A stretch of DNA of 60,866 bases from an uncultured bacterium (lineage in GTDB: Bacteria > Margulisbacteria > Termititenacia > Termititenacales > CAYUXF01), in the NCBI GenBank assembly GCA_964448755.1, contig CAYUXF010000001.1, positions 1 to 60,866 of the forward strand, read 5' to 3'. This document shows, piece by piece, positions 45,461 to 54,696 of the stretch. A program made the position numbers and the translations under genes. The notes under the pieces are model-generated. The model worked only from the letters and a program-made list of their open reading frames with translations. It did not search any database and had not been told where the DNA came from. The stretch's first letter is position 1, and each line of letters starts with the position of its first letter.

Positions 45461-45582
45461 AATAACGGTTATTAATAAAAAAATAAAATCGGGATTCTTA
45501 ATTTTAATAAAAAACCGCCCCCCTAATTAAAATAGCACGTTATTTTAGCAGAAAAACAGAGCCATTAAAAAATTTTTTATTC

Positions 45583-47481
45583 TTAGCCGCGCCGAGAACT
45601 TCTCCGTTTAGTTGTCCCGGTAGATCTTTTTTGTTCAGGAAATATCATATTATACCAATCGCGCAGTGGTTTTGTTTGTTCAGATAACAAGCCCGACTTT
45701 TCTATGACTTTCAATAAACCATTAAAAGCTTCCATCAACTCCTGTGCATAATTAATTTCCGTTTTTTTCTGTTTATTATTTGGCATCTGTCGGCGCAAAT
45801 CCTTCATGAAATTTTTGGCAATATCCAGCTCATCATTTTTAACACTTTCCTTGATTTCCTTTAAAATCTTGATGCCGTCAGCAAAATAACGCTTCAAATG
45901 TAAAACATCTAGATTTGTAGCATTGAATTCCTTTAAGAAATTTTGAACTTTTCTGCTGGCAAACGCACTATAATATACGTAAGAATTATCTTTATCTTCA
46001 ATAGTGTAGTTAGTTATTAGATGAACTCTTTTTTTAAGAAAATCAAGAAATTCGGGAATGGAAATATGCTGAAAGTAGATAGCAAAAGAAACATACAATT
46101 CATTATGCAAAATATCATTCTTTAAGCTACTAATGAGTTTCTCTATTTTAACCGCCGCTTCTTTTTTATTATAAGCATTAAAAAAAACGTTGTTATAATT
46201 TTTCATTAATGTTGTAAAAGTTTGATGCTCGATCAGCAGTGTATATTGAGCATACTCTGTCTCGAAAAAATTGATCATTTCAATGGCTTTGGCCAAACTT
46301 GAAATATCACTTATGAGCTCTGCATATTTTTTAAAAATTATCGCCATGGCCTCTTCCAGATAAGGCTTTCTTGTTCTTTCGTCAAAAAAAGCAACAATAA
46401 AAGCCAGCACCGCTTTTTCGTTTTGGCGTTCTAGTTCATATTGAACAACACGTTCCAAATGGAGCTTAGTCAGGTCCACTTCTCTAGATGGATCTTTTGA
46501 AAATACTGAAAGAAATAATGACGCATATTTCAAAGAATAAATCTCTTCTTTAAAGTAATCCATTAAAAACATTAGTTTTTCTTCACTATCCGACACTTCT
46601 TCGCTCAGCGCCAGAGCCTCCTGTTTATCATACCCGGCAATGCTCCTGGCCAGCATTAAAATCATCTGCTCGCGCTCCTCAGGCGATGCCGCTTTATTTA
46701 AAAGAATATCTTTAAATGGAAAAATAAACGGCGAGCTAAAATTAAAATTCTGTTGTTTCAGTATTTCATAGAGAGCTTTGTGCTCGCGCTCTTTTTGTTT
46801 AAGCGCACACTTGCTCTCGCTAAAAAGTTTTAACGCCGCGGCAAAACGATCTTCATTAAAATGACTCTTATTTTCAGCAATTAGCTGGGTATAGCGATTC
46901 TCTACTCTGGTATAAAACTCACTCTCAAACTCAATAATGTAATTATTCAGGTCACCAAGAACAGTACCACCAAATAATTTAATTGTTTTTTCCAGAAAAG
47001 GCTTAAAGACCTCCTGATAAAAATTAGAATATGGCCACTCTTCATAAGAGAGTTGGTCGATCTCGCCAACCAGATCTGTCGGTGTCATAAAATACTTAAA
47101 AGAGGAAACAACATCGATCTCATTAAACTTTGAATAATTGCCAATCTCCATCAGCTTCATCATAACAATCTCTCTTAAAAAATTGACTGTGCAGTTAACT
47201 TTTTTATTTCCCTGATCTACCACAAACTCTTTTAGTTCGCCGTAAAGTTCGCGCAAACGATCAATATCAAGAGTATCGCTTTCTGCCAGCTCATCAATTA
47301 TTAACTCAATTTTCTCAATAACCTCTGTAAAAATACCAAGCTCTATAGCTAAATTATTGCCAGCATAAGTTTTAAGCGGCGCAATGATCTCATTTAAAGC
47401 TTTATAATATTTTTTTGAATCGATCCTCTTTTGAATTCTGGCAAAAACTTCTTCTGTAAATTCCATAACCTTAAAGAACAT
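45583..47481 (-). CDS. hypothetical protein, 632 aa, predicted all-helical, AT-rich orphan within the dcw cluster
   Basis: Long uninterrupted ORF with a strong AAGGAG Shine-Dalgarno 9 nt upstream. No TM segment and no recognisable motif. Basic C-terminal tail TTKRRSSRRG. Confidence 0.6.
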   Translation of the reverse strand: MFFKVMEFTEEVFARIQKRIDSKKYYKALNEIIAPLKTYAGNNLAIELGIFTEVIEKIELIIDELAESDTLDIDRLRELYGELKEFVVDQGNKKVNCTVNFLREIVMMKLMEIGNYSKFNEIDVVSSFKYFMTPTDLVGEIDQLSYEEWPYSNFYQEVFKPFLEKTIKLFGGTVLGDLNNYIIEFESEFYTRVENRYTQLIAENKSHFNEDRFAAALKLFSESKCALKQKEREHKALYEILKQQNFNFSSPFIFPFKDILLNKAASPEEREQMILMLARSIAGYDKQEALALSEEVSDSEEKLMFLMDYFKEEIYSLKYASLFLSVFSKDPSREVDLTKLHLERVVQYELERQNEKAVLAFIVAFFDERTRKPYLEEAMAIIFKKYAELISDISSLAKAIEMINFFETEYAQYTLLIEHQTFTTLMKNYNNVFFNAYNKKEAAVKIEKLISSLKNDILHNELYVSFAIYFQHISIPEFLDFLKKRVHLITNYTIEDKDNSYVYYSAFASRKVQNFLKEFNATNLDVLHLKRYFADGIKILKEIKESVKNDELDIAKNFMKDLRRQMPNNKQKKTEINYAQELMEAFNGLLKVIEKSGLLSEQTKPLRDWYNMIFPEQKRSTGTTKRRSSRRG

Positions 47482-47573
47482 AGCTATTATCTCCTTCTTG
47501 TAAAAGAATATTTATTAGGACCTTGTATTTATCGAAAAGAATGACAAAGAGTTGCAGATTGAAATAAAAAATT

Positions 47574-48686
47574 TTAGATTTGTGTAAAAGCTTCCTTAAT
47601 TAAAGCCTTAAAGATCCTGCCCCGTTCCTCAAAATTGGCAAACATATCCCACGAGGCACAGGCGGGCGAAAGTAATATCAAGTCGCCTTTTTTAGCCAGC
47701 CTAACAGATTCTTTGACAGCCGCTTCATAATTATTGACCAGAATTTGATCGAACTCTTTTAAACCTGCCGCAAAACGGGCTTGTGCTTCACCCAAAAGTA
47801 TCAGTTTTTTGACCCGGCCGCGCATCGCTGCTGCCATCGGTTCAAGCGGTGTATTTTTATCGCGCCCGCCGGCTATTAATATAATATGGTTGTTTTTAGC
47901 CTCATTTTCCAGTGCTACCACTGTAGAATCAACATTCGTCGCTTTAGAATCATTAATAACTCTAATGCCGTCAAATTCACCGACCAGTTCAAAGCGGTGC
48001 TCGACACCTTTAAAATTTTTAAAAACACTATCTATCTCCTCGTCCGTCTTGCCGCAAATTTTCGCCGCGATCCTGGCCGCGGCATAATCTTGCTGGATCC
48101 CTTTGGCGGAAAAACCATGCAATTGACATCTGGCATCTTTGACGATCTCCTGCAGATAGTGGTCATCTTGATTATAGATGAGATGGTCTTGCTCAGTCTG
48201 GTTCTGAAAAATCTTTTTCTTAGCCAGAACATAATTTTCCATACCACCGTGCCAGCTCAAATGATCTTCTGTAATATTTAAAATAACAGAAATAAACGGC
48301 TTGAAAGTTTTAATGTTTTCCAGCTGATAACTAGAGACCTCCACGCTCAAATAAGGATGCTTTTCTTCCACAGAAATATACGGTATACCGATATTGCCAA
48401 CGGCCGGCACACCTAACAATAAACCAATCAGCGTTGTAGTTGTCGATTTTCCGTTAGTGCCGGTGATCGCCACGACCGGCGAAGGGTTCAAACGATAAGC
48501 AAGTTCTATTTCACTAATGATCGGTATTTTGACCAGCGGATATTCGGCAGGGGGAATACCCGGCGAAACAACTAAAAGATCGGCTTTCTCTATCTCTTCA
48601 ACATATTGATGATCGGAAACACTTTGCAAACGCTCAATGACCGCTTTACCAGTTTTGCCGTCTTTGCCTAAAACCGCTACCTTCAT
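47574..48686 (-). CDS. murD: UDP-N-acetylmuramoylalanine--D-glutamate ligase (short form)
   Basis: 370 aa. GTNGKSTTT P-loop and Mur ligase central and C-terminal motifs. Downstream of mraY. Confidence 0.85.
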   Translation of the reverse strand: MKVAVLGKDGKTGKAVIERLQSVSDHQYVEEIEKADLLVVSPGIPPAEYPLVKIPIISEIELAYRLNPSPVVAITGTNGKSTTTTLIGLLLGVPAVGNIGIPYISVEEKHPYLSVEVSSYQLENIKTFKPFISVILNITEDHLSWHGGMENYVLAKKKIFQNQTEQDHLIYNQDDHYLQEIVKDARCQLHGFSAKGIQQDYAAARIAAKICGKTDEEIDSVFKNFKGVEHRFELVGEFDGIRVINDSKATNVDSTVVALENEAKNNHIILIAGGRDKNTPLEPMAAAMRGRVKKLILLGEAQARFAAGLKEFDQILVNNYEAAVKESVRLAKKGDLILLSPACASWDMFANFEERGRIFKALIKEAFTQI

Positions 48687-48688
48687 AA

Positions 48689-49645
48689 CTATCTCATTCT
48701 AAAAGCTATGGCCAACAAAACAGCACAAGCGGTAACGGCCCAGGCCATAAAAACAATTCGGTTCTCTGAAAAACCGCAGAGTTCAAAATGGTGATGCAGC
48801 GGCGACATTTTAAAAAGGCGCCGCCCTTTGGTCAGCTTAAAAAAACCAACCTGCAGAATAACTGACAATGTCTCTACAACAAATACTATGCCGGCTAAAA
48901 AAAGATAAAGCTCTGCATGCAGCAAAAGAGCAAAACCGGCCAGCAGTGTACCAAGCGCCAGCGAACCGACATCGCCCATGAACATTTTGGCCGGCTTAAT
49001 ATTAAACATTAAAAATCCGGCCACTCCGGCGGCGGCAAAAAGCGCTAAATACATTAATTGCACGTTGGCAAATTGATAGGCAATAAAAGCGAACGCCAAT
49101 AAAACTATGGTGGAAATACCGCCAGCCAGACCATCTAAACCGTCCGTCAGGTTAACGGCATTAGATGTCCCAATAATTATAAAACTGGAAAGTAAGACAT
49201 ATAACAGCGGACGGTCCATGCCGATCAAATGCAAAAAAGGGGAAACCAGATTATGAAAATTATTATGTAACAAATAAGTACAAAATAAAGCAGCAATAAT
49301 GAATTGCCCCAGCAATTTATATCTTGGCTTTAACCCGTTATTTTTGCCGTTCTTAATGATCAGCCAATCATCAAGCAGACCAATAAAACCAGTTCCTGCA
49401 AAAAGAGTCAGTAAAATAATAACTTCATTAGTTAAACGGCCTAAAAAAAAGAATGCCGATAAAATTATGCTGGCAATGATCATGATGCCGCCCATAGTCG
49501 GTGTGCCGCTCTTGGCATAATGACTCTTAGGCCCCTCCGTGCGGACTGTCTGTCGGCAGCGCAATTTCCGCAAAAGAAGCAGCCCCAGATAATTGATAAT
49601 AAATGAAAGCCAGAAAGAGAGAATAACCTTTATAAAAATTTCCAA
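48689..49645 (-). CDS. mraY: phospho-N-acetylmuramoyl-pentapeptide-transferase
   Basis: 318 aa. KSGTPTMGG, LLDDWLII, NAVNLTDGLDGLA and PLHHHFE motifs. Confidence 0.9.
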   Translation of the reverse strand: MEIFIKVILSFWLSFIINYLGLLLLRKLRCRQTVRTEGPKSHYAKSGTPTMGGIMIIASIILSAFFFLGRLTNEVIILLTLFAGTGFIGLLDDWLIIKNGKNNGLKPRYKLLGQFIIAALFCTYLLHNNFHNLVSPFLHLIGMDRPLLYVLLSSFIIIGTSNAVNLTDGLDGLAGGISTIVLLAFAFIAYQFANVQLMYLALFAAAGVAGFLMFNIKPAKMFMGDVGSLALGTLLAGFALLLHAELYLFLAGIVFVVETLSVILQVGFFKLTKGRRLFKMSPLHHHFELCGFSENRIVFMAWAVTACAVLLAIAFRMR

Positions 49646-49695
49646 TTTTAAAACCCCTGTTTGATGCAGAATTATAACATAACTTATATAACTAA

Positions 49696-49720
49696 AAGAG
49701 CGGAGATAAACTCCGCTCTT
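49696..49720 (-). terminator. Rho-independent terminator after the GH94 gene
   Basis: AAGAGCGGAG-ataaa-CTCCGCTCTT 10-bp stem. A short T-run follows on the minus strand. Confidence 0.6.
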
Positions 49721-49742
49721 CTTAAACTAACCTCTTTTTTAT

Positions 49743-52211
49743 TTAGGCCTCACTGACCACTTTCTCATTGATCATGTCCGCCACGGCATCTTCGACGCCG
49801 CCTTTACCTAAAACAACCTCGACTTTAGCGTCTTTTTCCTGTACCGGAATAATATTGCCTTTTATTTCCTGGCCATTAACAATTAATTTAACAACCCCTT
49901 TGCAGACATGCGCTGGGTTCTTAACCACAATATCATAATTTACACCGCGGAACTTTCTCTTAACAGAAAAGCCATCCCAGGCAGAAGGGATACAAGGATT
50001 GATCTGTAAGCCGTTAAAAGCAGGATTAACACCAAGAATATATCTTGTCGCCGCAGTATATGTCCACGCAGAAGTGCCGGAAAGCCAGCTGTTGCGGCCA
50101 AGACCAAATTTTGGGTGCTCATCGCCAAGAATATTCTGCGGATAGTTATAAGGAGCTGCTTCAAAAATATCAATAATATCATTTTTAGCCGCCGGATTGA
50201 TCTGGTTATAATACTGATAAGCTCTTTCGCCGTTGCCGACAATGGTTTCAGCGATCATCACCCACGGATTAGCATGTAAGAAAATACCGCCGTTCTCTTT
50301 GGCTCCCGGCGGATAAGTTGTCACGCCACCCTTGCGCCAGTCAAAGCCGTTATAACCAGGCCAGGAAAGTTTAATACCATATTTAGTGTTAAGTTTCTCA
50401 TTAACAGAATTCAGTGCTGTCTCTGCTCGCTCTCTGGTAGCAAAACCGGAAAGCACCGGCCAAGACTGACCATTAGTATAAATTTTACCTTCGCTGTTTT
50501 GATCTGAACCAATGGGCTCGCCATTCTCTTCAAAATAACGAATATACCATTTGCCGTCCCAGGCACATTTATTGACAACTTCTTTCATTGACTGGTGATA
50601 GTCTCTGTATTTCTCAGTCAAGTCTTTGTCTTTTAAAGCGACCGCCAGATCGATCATTTCCCGCAGAGCTCGGCCATAGAGATTGGCAATAAAAACCGAC
50701 TCGGCATTGCCTTTTAAATTGACCGTATCGTTCCAATCAGCAAAACCCAGAAGCGGCAGACCATGCTGGCCGACATTATTTTTAGTAAACTCTATTGATC
50801 TCTTTAGATGTTCAAAAACAGTTCCTTCTTCCACGGGCTGTTCTTTTTTATCTTTTTCATAGAAAGGGATAGTCTCGTTAAGAAAATCAAGATCACCAGT
50901 CTCTTTAATATAAGCGCAAACCGATAAAATGATCCAGAGATGATCATCGCCATAATATTTATGACCTTCTTCTTCACGCGAATCGCCTTCATTGGCGATC
51001 ATGGTCAACGGATTAAACTGATGCATTGCCGAACCGTTAATTTTTTGAACACGCAACAGTTTTTTGATCAGCTCTTTAGCTTCTGCAGGAATACTAGAAA
51101 TAACACCGAGAACATCCTGCGAAGAATCTCTAAAGCCAATACCACGGGCGCCAAGACCAAGCTGGTAAAGCGATAAATAGCGCGACCAATTCTTTGTAGT
51201 GTGGCACTGACGCGGGTTATGAACATTGACCATTGTATTGAAACTTTCATCCGGCGTCTGGACCTGTAGAGAAGAAAGATATTCCTGCCAAAAATCGCCA
51301 AGTTCTTTTAAGGCCTTTTCTACATTTTTCTCGTCTCTATATTTAACAATAGTAGGCATGGCCTTTTCTACCGAAGCAGCCTGACCAAGCAAGGTAACAA
51401 CTGTTTTGCTTTCATTGGCGGCCAGTTTGCTAAAAGGGATCATTAAAGCGCCGATATTGTCACCGCGCAAAATGTTCTGGCTGGAGAACTCTTTATTCTG
51501 CAAAGCAAGCGGATTCTTAAACGTGCCATACTCATTATCGCCCAGAAAAACTTTTCTATCTGCCTCAAAAGAAGAGATTGGCAAATTAGCAGTAAAATAA
51601 TTGATCTTTGTCTCTTTGCACATAAAAGGATATTGTTTAATTATTTTATTGCCGGTCTCATCGGTATAGAGCTCACTGCACATCGTCTGTGGCACCCAGT
51701 CGGCATTGGTAAACTGCTTTAAAGCATCGGGATGCGTATATTCAACTACTGGAATAACATCAATTTCTTTAGCCTGACCGGAAATATTGGTAACTTTAAT
51801 TCTGCGCAACTCTACCTCACTGCCAACAGGAACAAAAATAGTAGCTTCGGTCCTGATCCCATAGAACTCGGAAATGATCGTTGTATAGCTGAGACCTACA
51901 TGTGTCTCAAAAAGATCATACTTATCTAGTGTTGGAACAAAGAAAGGAGAAAAAACTTTATAAGAACCATCTTCTTGCTTAAAGCGAATATACAGCGTGG
52001 CACCTTTGAAATCAGACGAGGGCATCTGCGGAATATATTTGGTGATACGATTTAATGCCGGATCGCCTTTGCAAAGCAATAAGCCGCCGGTATGATCGAC
52101 AATTCCGCCAAAATTCAGCGTACCGACATAGTTAACCCATTTTACCGGTGTTTTGGGATTCGTTATTACATATTCTTTTTTATTATCATCAAAATAGCCG
52201 TAGTTTGTCAT
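49743..52211 (-). CDS. GH94 glycoside phosphorylase (cellobiose/chitobiose phosphorylase type)
   Basis: 822 aa, the typical length for this family. N-terminal YGYFDDNKKEYVITNP and a catalytic-domain pattern typical of GH94. Confidence 0.85.
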   Translation of the reverse strand: MTNYGYFDDNKKEYVITNPKTPVKWVNYVGTLNFGGIVDHTGGLLLCKGDPALNRITKYIPQMPSSDFKGATLYIRFKQEDGSYKVFSPFFVPTLDKYDLFETHVGLSYTTIISEFYGIRTEATIFVPVGSEVELRRIKVTNISGQAKEIDVIPVVEYTHPDALKQFTNADWVPQTMCSELYTDETGNKIIKQYPFMCKETKINYFTANLPISSFEADRKVFLGDNEYGTFKNPLALQNKEFSSQNILRGDNIGALMIPFSKLAANESKTVVTLLGQAASVEKAMPTIVKYRDEKNVEKALKELGDFWQEYLSSLQVQTPDESFNTMVNVHNPRQCHTTKNWSRYLSLYQLGLGARGIGFRDSSQDVLGVISSIPAEAKELIKKLLRVQKINGSAMHQFNPLTMIANEGDSREEEGHKYYGDDHLWIILSVCAYIKETGDLDFLNETIPFYEKDKKEQPVEEGTVFEHLKRSIEFTKNNVGQHGLPLLGFADWNDTVNLKGNAESVFIANLYGRALREMIDLAVALKDKDLTEKYRDYHQSMKEVVNKCAWDGKWYIRYFEENGEPIGSDQNSEGKIYTNGQSWPVLSGFATRERAETALNSVNEKLNTKYGIKLSWPGYNGFDWRKGGVTTYPPGAKENGGIFLHANPWVMIAETIVGNGERAYQYYNQINPAAKNDIIDIFEAAPYNYPQNILGDEHPKFGLGRNSWLSGTSAWTYTAATRYILGVNPAFNGLQINPCIPSAWDGFSVKRKFRGVNYDIVVKNPAHVCKGVVKLIVNGQEIKGNIIPVQEKDAKVEVVLGKGGVEDAVADMINEKVVSEA

Positions 52212-52300
52212 TGCGCTACTCCTTTAATTTTTATGATCGCCTCTTTGCGGCGTAAAAAGAGCCAAGAGTTTAGCACGGATAAAAACCGAAAACAAGACAA

Positions 52301-52324
52301 AAATTGTTCAAAATAAAACAATTT
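52301..52324. promoter_or_regulatory. inverted repeat AAATTGTT-N8-AACAATTT upstream of the GH94 gene (candidate operator)
   Basis: Perfect 8-bp arms, 90-113 nt upstream of the GH94 ATG. Confidence 0.3.
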
Positions 52325-52538
52325 TAACTGCCTATTTTCTGTAATTTTTGGCATATTTTTTTCAACTTACCAGCAATATTGCCAATGGGGGAATTCTAAT
52401 GAAAACAATTATCAAAGAACTCTATATTAGGAAAATGAGCAAAGCTATTAACACGATCCATACTCGTTGTGAAATAAAAACAAGCAAAGAATGCCGTTTT
52501 CAGAAAACAAAAAAAGAGTTAATTAAAAGTTACTGCGG

Positions 52539-53633
52539 TTAAATAATCTCTGTCCAGCCAAAGGGATCTTCTACTTTACCATACTGTATGCCAGTAAGCT
52601 GGTCATACAATTCACGCGTAAATTTACCGGTCTCTTCATTTTTTAAGACATAATTATTGCCCTTATAGGCGATCTGGCTGACCGGCGAAATTACCGCCGC
52701 TGTCCCTGAACCAAACATCTCTTTAATTTTACCGTCTTTTATGTCGGCAACTATCTGATCAATAGCCAACGCCTCTTCTCTCACCTCTAAACCAAGTTTT
52801 TTAGAGAGCTGGATAACAGAATCTCTAGTAATGCCCGGCAGGATAGAGCCGTTCAGCGCCGAGGTCGCCAGATGATCATTATAAAGAAAGAACAAGTTCA
52901 TAGAGCCGACCTCTTCGATATATTTCATCTCCACACCGTCAAGCCATAAAACCTGATCGTAGCCCTTCTCTACTGCTTTTTTTCCCGGCAACAAAGAAGC
53001 AGCGTAATTGGCGCCAGCCTTAGCCGCACCAAGCCCGCCTCTGACCGCCCGGACATACTGATCTTCAACCATTATCTTGGTCGGGTTAAAACCGTTCTTA
53101 TAATACATGCCGACAGGTGAAAGAATAATATAAAACCAAAAATTATCGGATGATTTAAGTTTTATTAGCGGATCGACACCGATCATGGTAGGGCGGATAT
53201 AAAGAGAGGTCCCCTCTTGCTGCGGCACCCAGTTCTTTTCCAATTCAATTAATTTACGCAGTGAACTGTGGACAAAATCAATATCCAGTGTCGGCATACA
53301 GAGGCGCTCGGCAGAGACATTCATCCGCAAAAAATTATCTTTTGGCCTGAACAAACCTATTTTGCCATCTACGCGATAATAAGCCTTTAACCCTTCAAAT
53401 ATTTCCTGTGCATAGTGCAGAACCATTGTTGCTGGAGAAAGAGAGAAATTCTCAAATTTTTTAATAACAGCGTCATGCCAGCCCGCGGCAGGGGAATATT
53501 CCATTAAGAACATTCTATCGGCAAAAGTCTTGCCAAACTCAAAAGAGCCGCCGCTTTTAACGCCGCCTTTTAACTCACTTTGCGGAATATCGTTTATTTT
53601 TAGCTGTTTAGTTGAAACTGACATAAAAAACAT
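52539..53633 (-). CDS. ilvE: branched-chain amino acid aminotransferase
   Basis: 364 aa. Long-form class IV aminotransferase pattern (EGLKAY, GAAKAGANY, GITR). Confidence 0.9.
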   Translation of the reverse strand: MFFMSVSTKQLKINDIPQSELKGGVKSGGSFEFGKTFADRMFLMEYSPAAGWHDAVIKKFENFSLSPATMVLHYAQEIFEGLKAYYRVDGKIGLFRPKDNFLRMNVSAERLCMPTLDIDFVHSSLRKLIELEKNWVPQQEGTSLYIRPTMIGVDPLIKLKSSDNFWFYIILSPVGMYYKNGFNPTKIMVEDQYVRAVRGGLGAAKAGANYAASLLPGKKAVEKGYDQVLWLDGVEMKYIEEVGSMNLFFLYNDHLATSALNGSILPGITRDSVIQLSKKLGLEVREEALAIDQIVADIKDGKIKEMFGSGTAAVISPVSQIAYKGNNYVLKNEETGKFTRELYDQLTGIQYGKVEDPFGWTEII

Positions 53634-53759
53634 CTCCTTTATTAAGGCTAAAGACTACCGCTATTTAAAAAAAACATCAAGTGGTTTGACATCTGTTCTA
53701 ACCGCTGGTATGGCTCGCTGCGTCGCTATCTAACAAACCAAGCCGTACGCTTAAAAAAA

Positions 53760-54524
53760 TTAACCGGCGGCCTCTTCTGCTGATACTTGAGGCAGATCTT
53801 TTTCAACAGGTTTAATTTCCCGGTTGCTATTTTCTAATGCCACTAGGACTTTATTTACCCAGGCTATTTCCGGATACTCACTTTTTAATTGTGTGAGCCG
53901 CTCCTGAACATTAACATCTTTAGACGCTATGGAATATACCGGTATTTTTTCAAACCCAGGCTTGGTTTTAGATCTTAATATTTCTGCCAATAATGGGGAA
54001 ATACGCATTTTAAAGAACATTGTTTCTTTAGAAGTTATTTTGTAAAAATTGTGTTCGTTTTTATCATGTTCTGCCAGTATTGATAAAACGTCTAATAATA
54101 AATAAGTATTGATAGTTACAAATCTATTGTCGTTATTAAATAATTTGGTTGTTATTTCCATAAAACGAATTTTCTTTTCAAGTATATTCAGATTATTTTC
54201 TCTTGTTCTGAGAGAGTTGAGAAAAATATCATGATATTTAGCACGCAGTGATGGATAATAAGGCTCTTTGGCAACAACAGATTTTTTAACTGTTTTGATC
54301 GCTTTAAAAATTAAGTTGGTATCGTTTAGAATATTTTCAAATTCAACATTGAAATGTGACCAGCCAAAATTAAGGACCACTAACTCTAAAAAATCATGGG
54401 CCAGTTCCGGATCTTTTTGGTTTTTTTTATAGGCTTTCATATAAACCAGGAGAGATTCTCGATATTTTTTTTGGCGTCTTAATGTCTGAGCTTGCTCGGA
54501 TAAAGAAATTTGTTTCTTGTTCAT
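53760..54524 (-). CDS. hypothetical protein (very AT-rich orphan)
   Basis: The ATG at 54524 is preceded by a GGGGGG run, whereas the ORF-track start at 54554 is TTG. No recognisable domain. Confidence 0.45.
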   Translation of the reverse strand: MNKKQISLSEQAQTLRRQKKYRESLLVYMKAYKKNQKDPELAHDFLELVVLNFGWSHFNVEFENILNDTNLIFKAIKTVKKSVVAKEPYYPSLRAKYHDIFLNSLRTRENNLNILEKKIRFMEITTKLFNNDNRFVTINTYLLLDVLSILAEHDKNEHNFYKITSKETMFFKMRISPLLAEILRSKTKPGFEKIPVYSIASKDVNVQERLTQLKSEYPEIAWVNKVLVALENSNREIKPVEKDLPQVSAEEAAG

Positions 54525-54696
54525 TCTATTGTACCCCCCAATATTTAATGACAAAATTCAATTAACTTATAAACTACTAGAATTTAAACATTTTTTTGCA
54601 AAATTGCCCAGAAAAAATTGTTCGTTTTTTAACAAGATTTTTTTGTTTATCTTTATACTGATCCGGCAGCAACAGCAAAAAACTTACGGCAGAAAA

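Noticed and set aside
52348-52542. 64-aa ORF in the GH94-ilvE intergenic region
   Set aside because: No Shine-Dalgarno, a Lys/Ile-rich translation typical of AT-rich non-coding DNA, and it runs into the ilvE 3' end.
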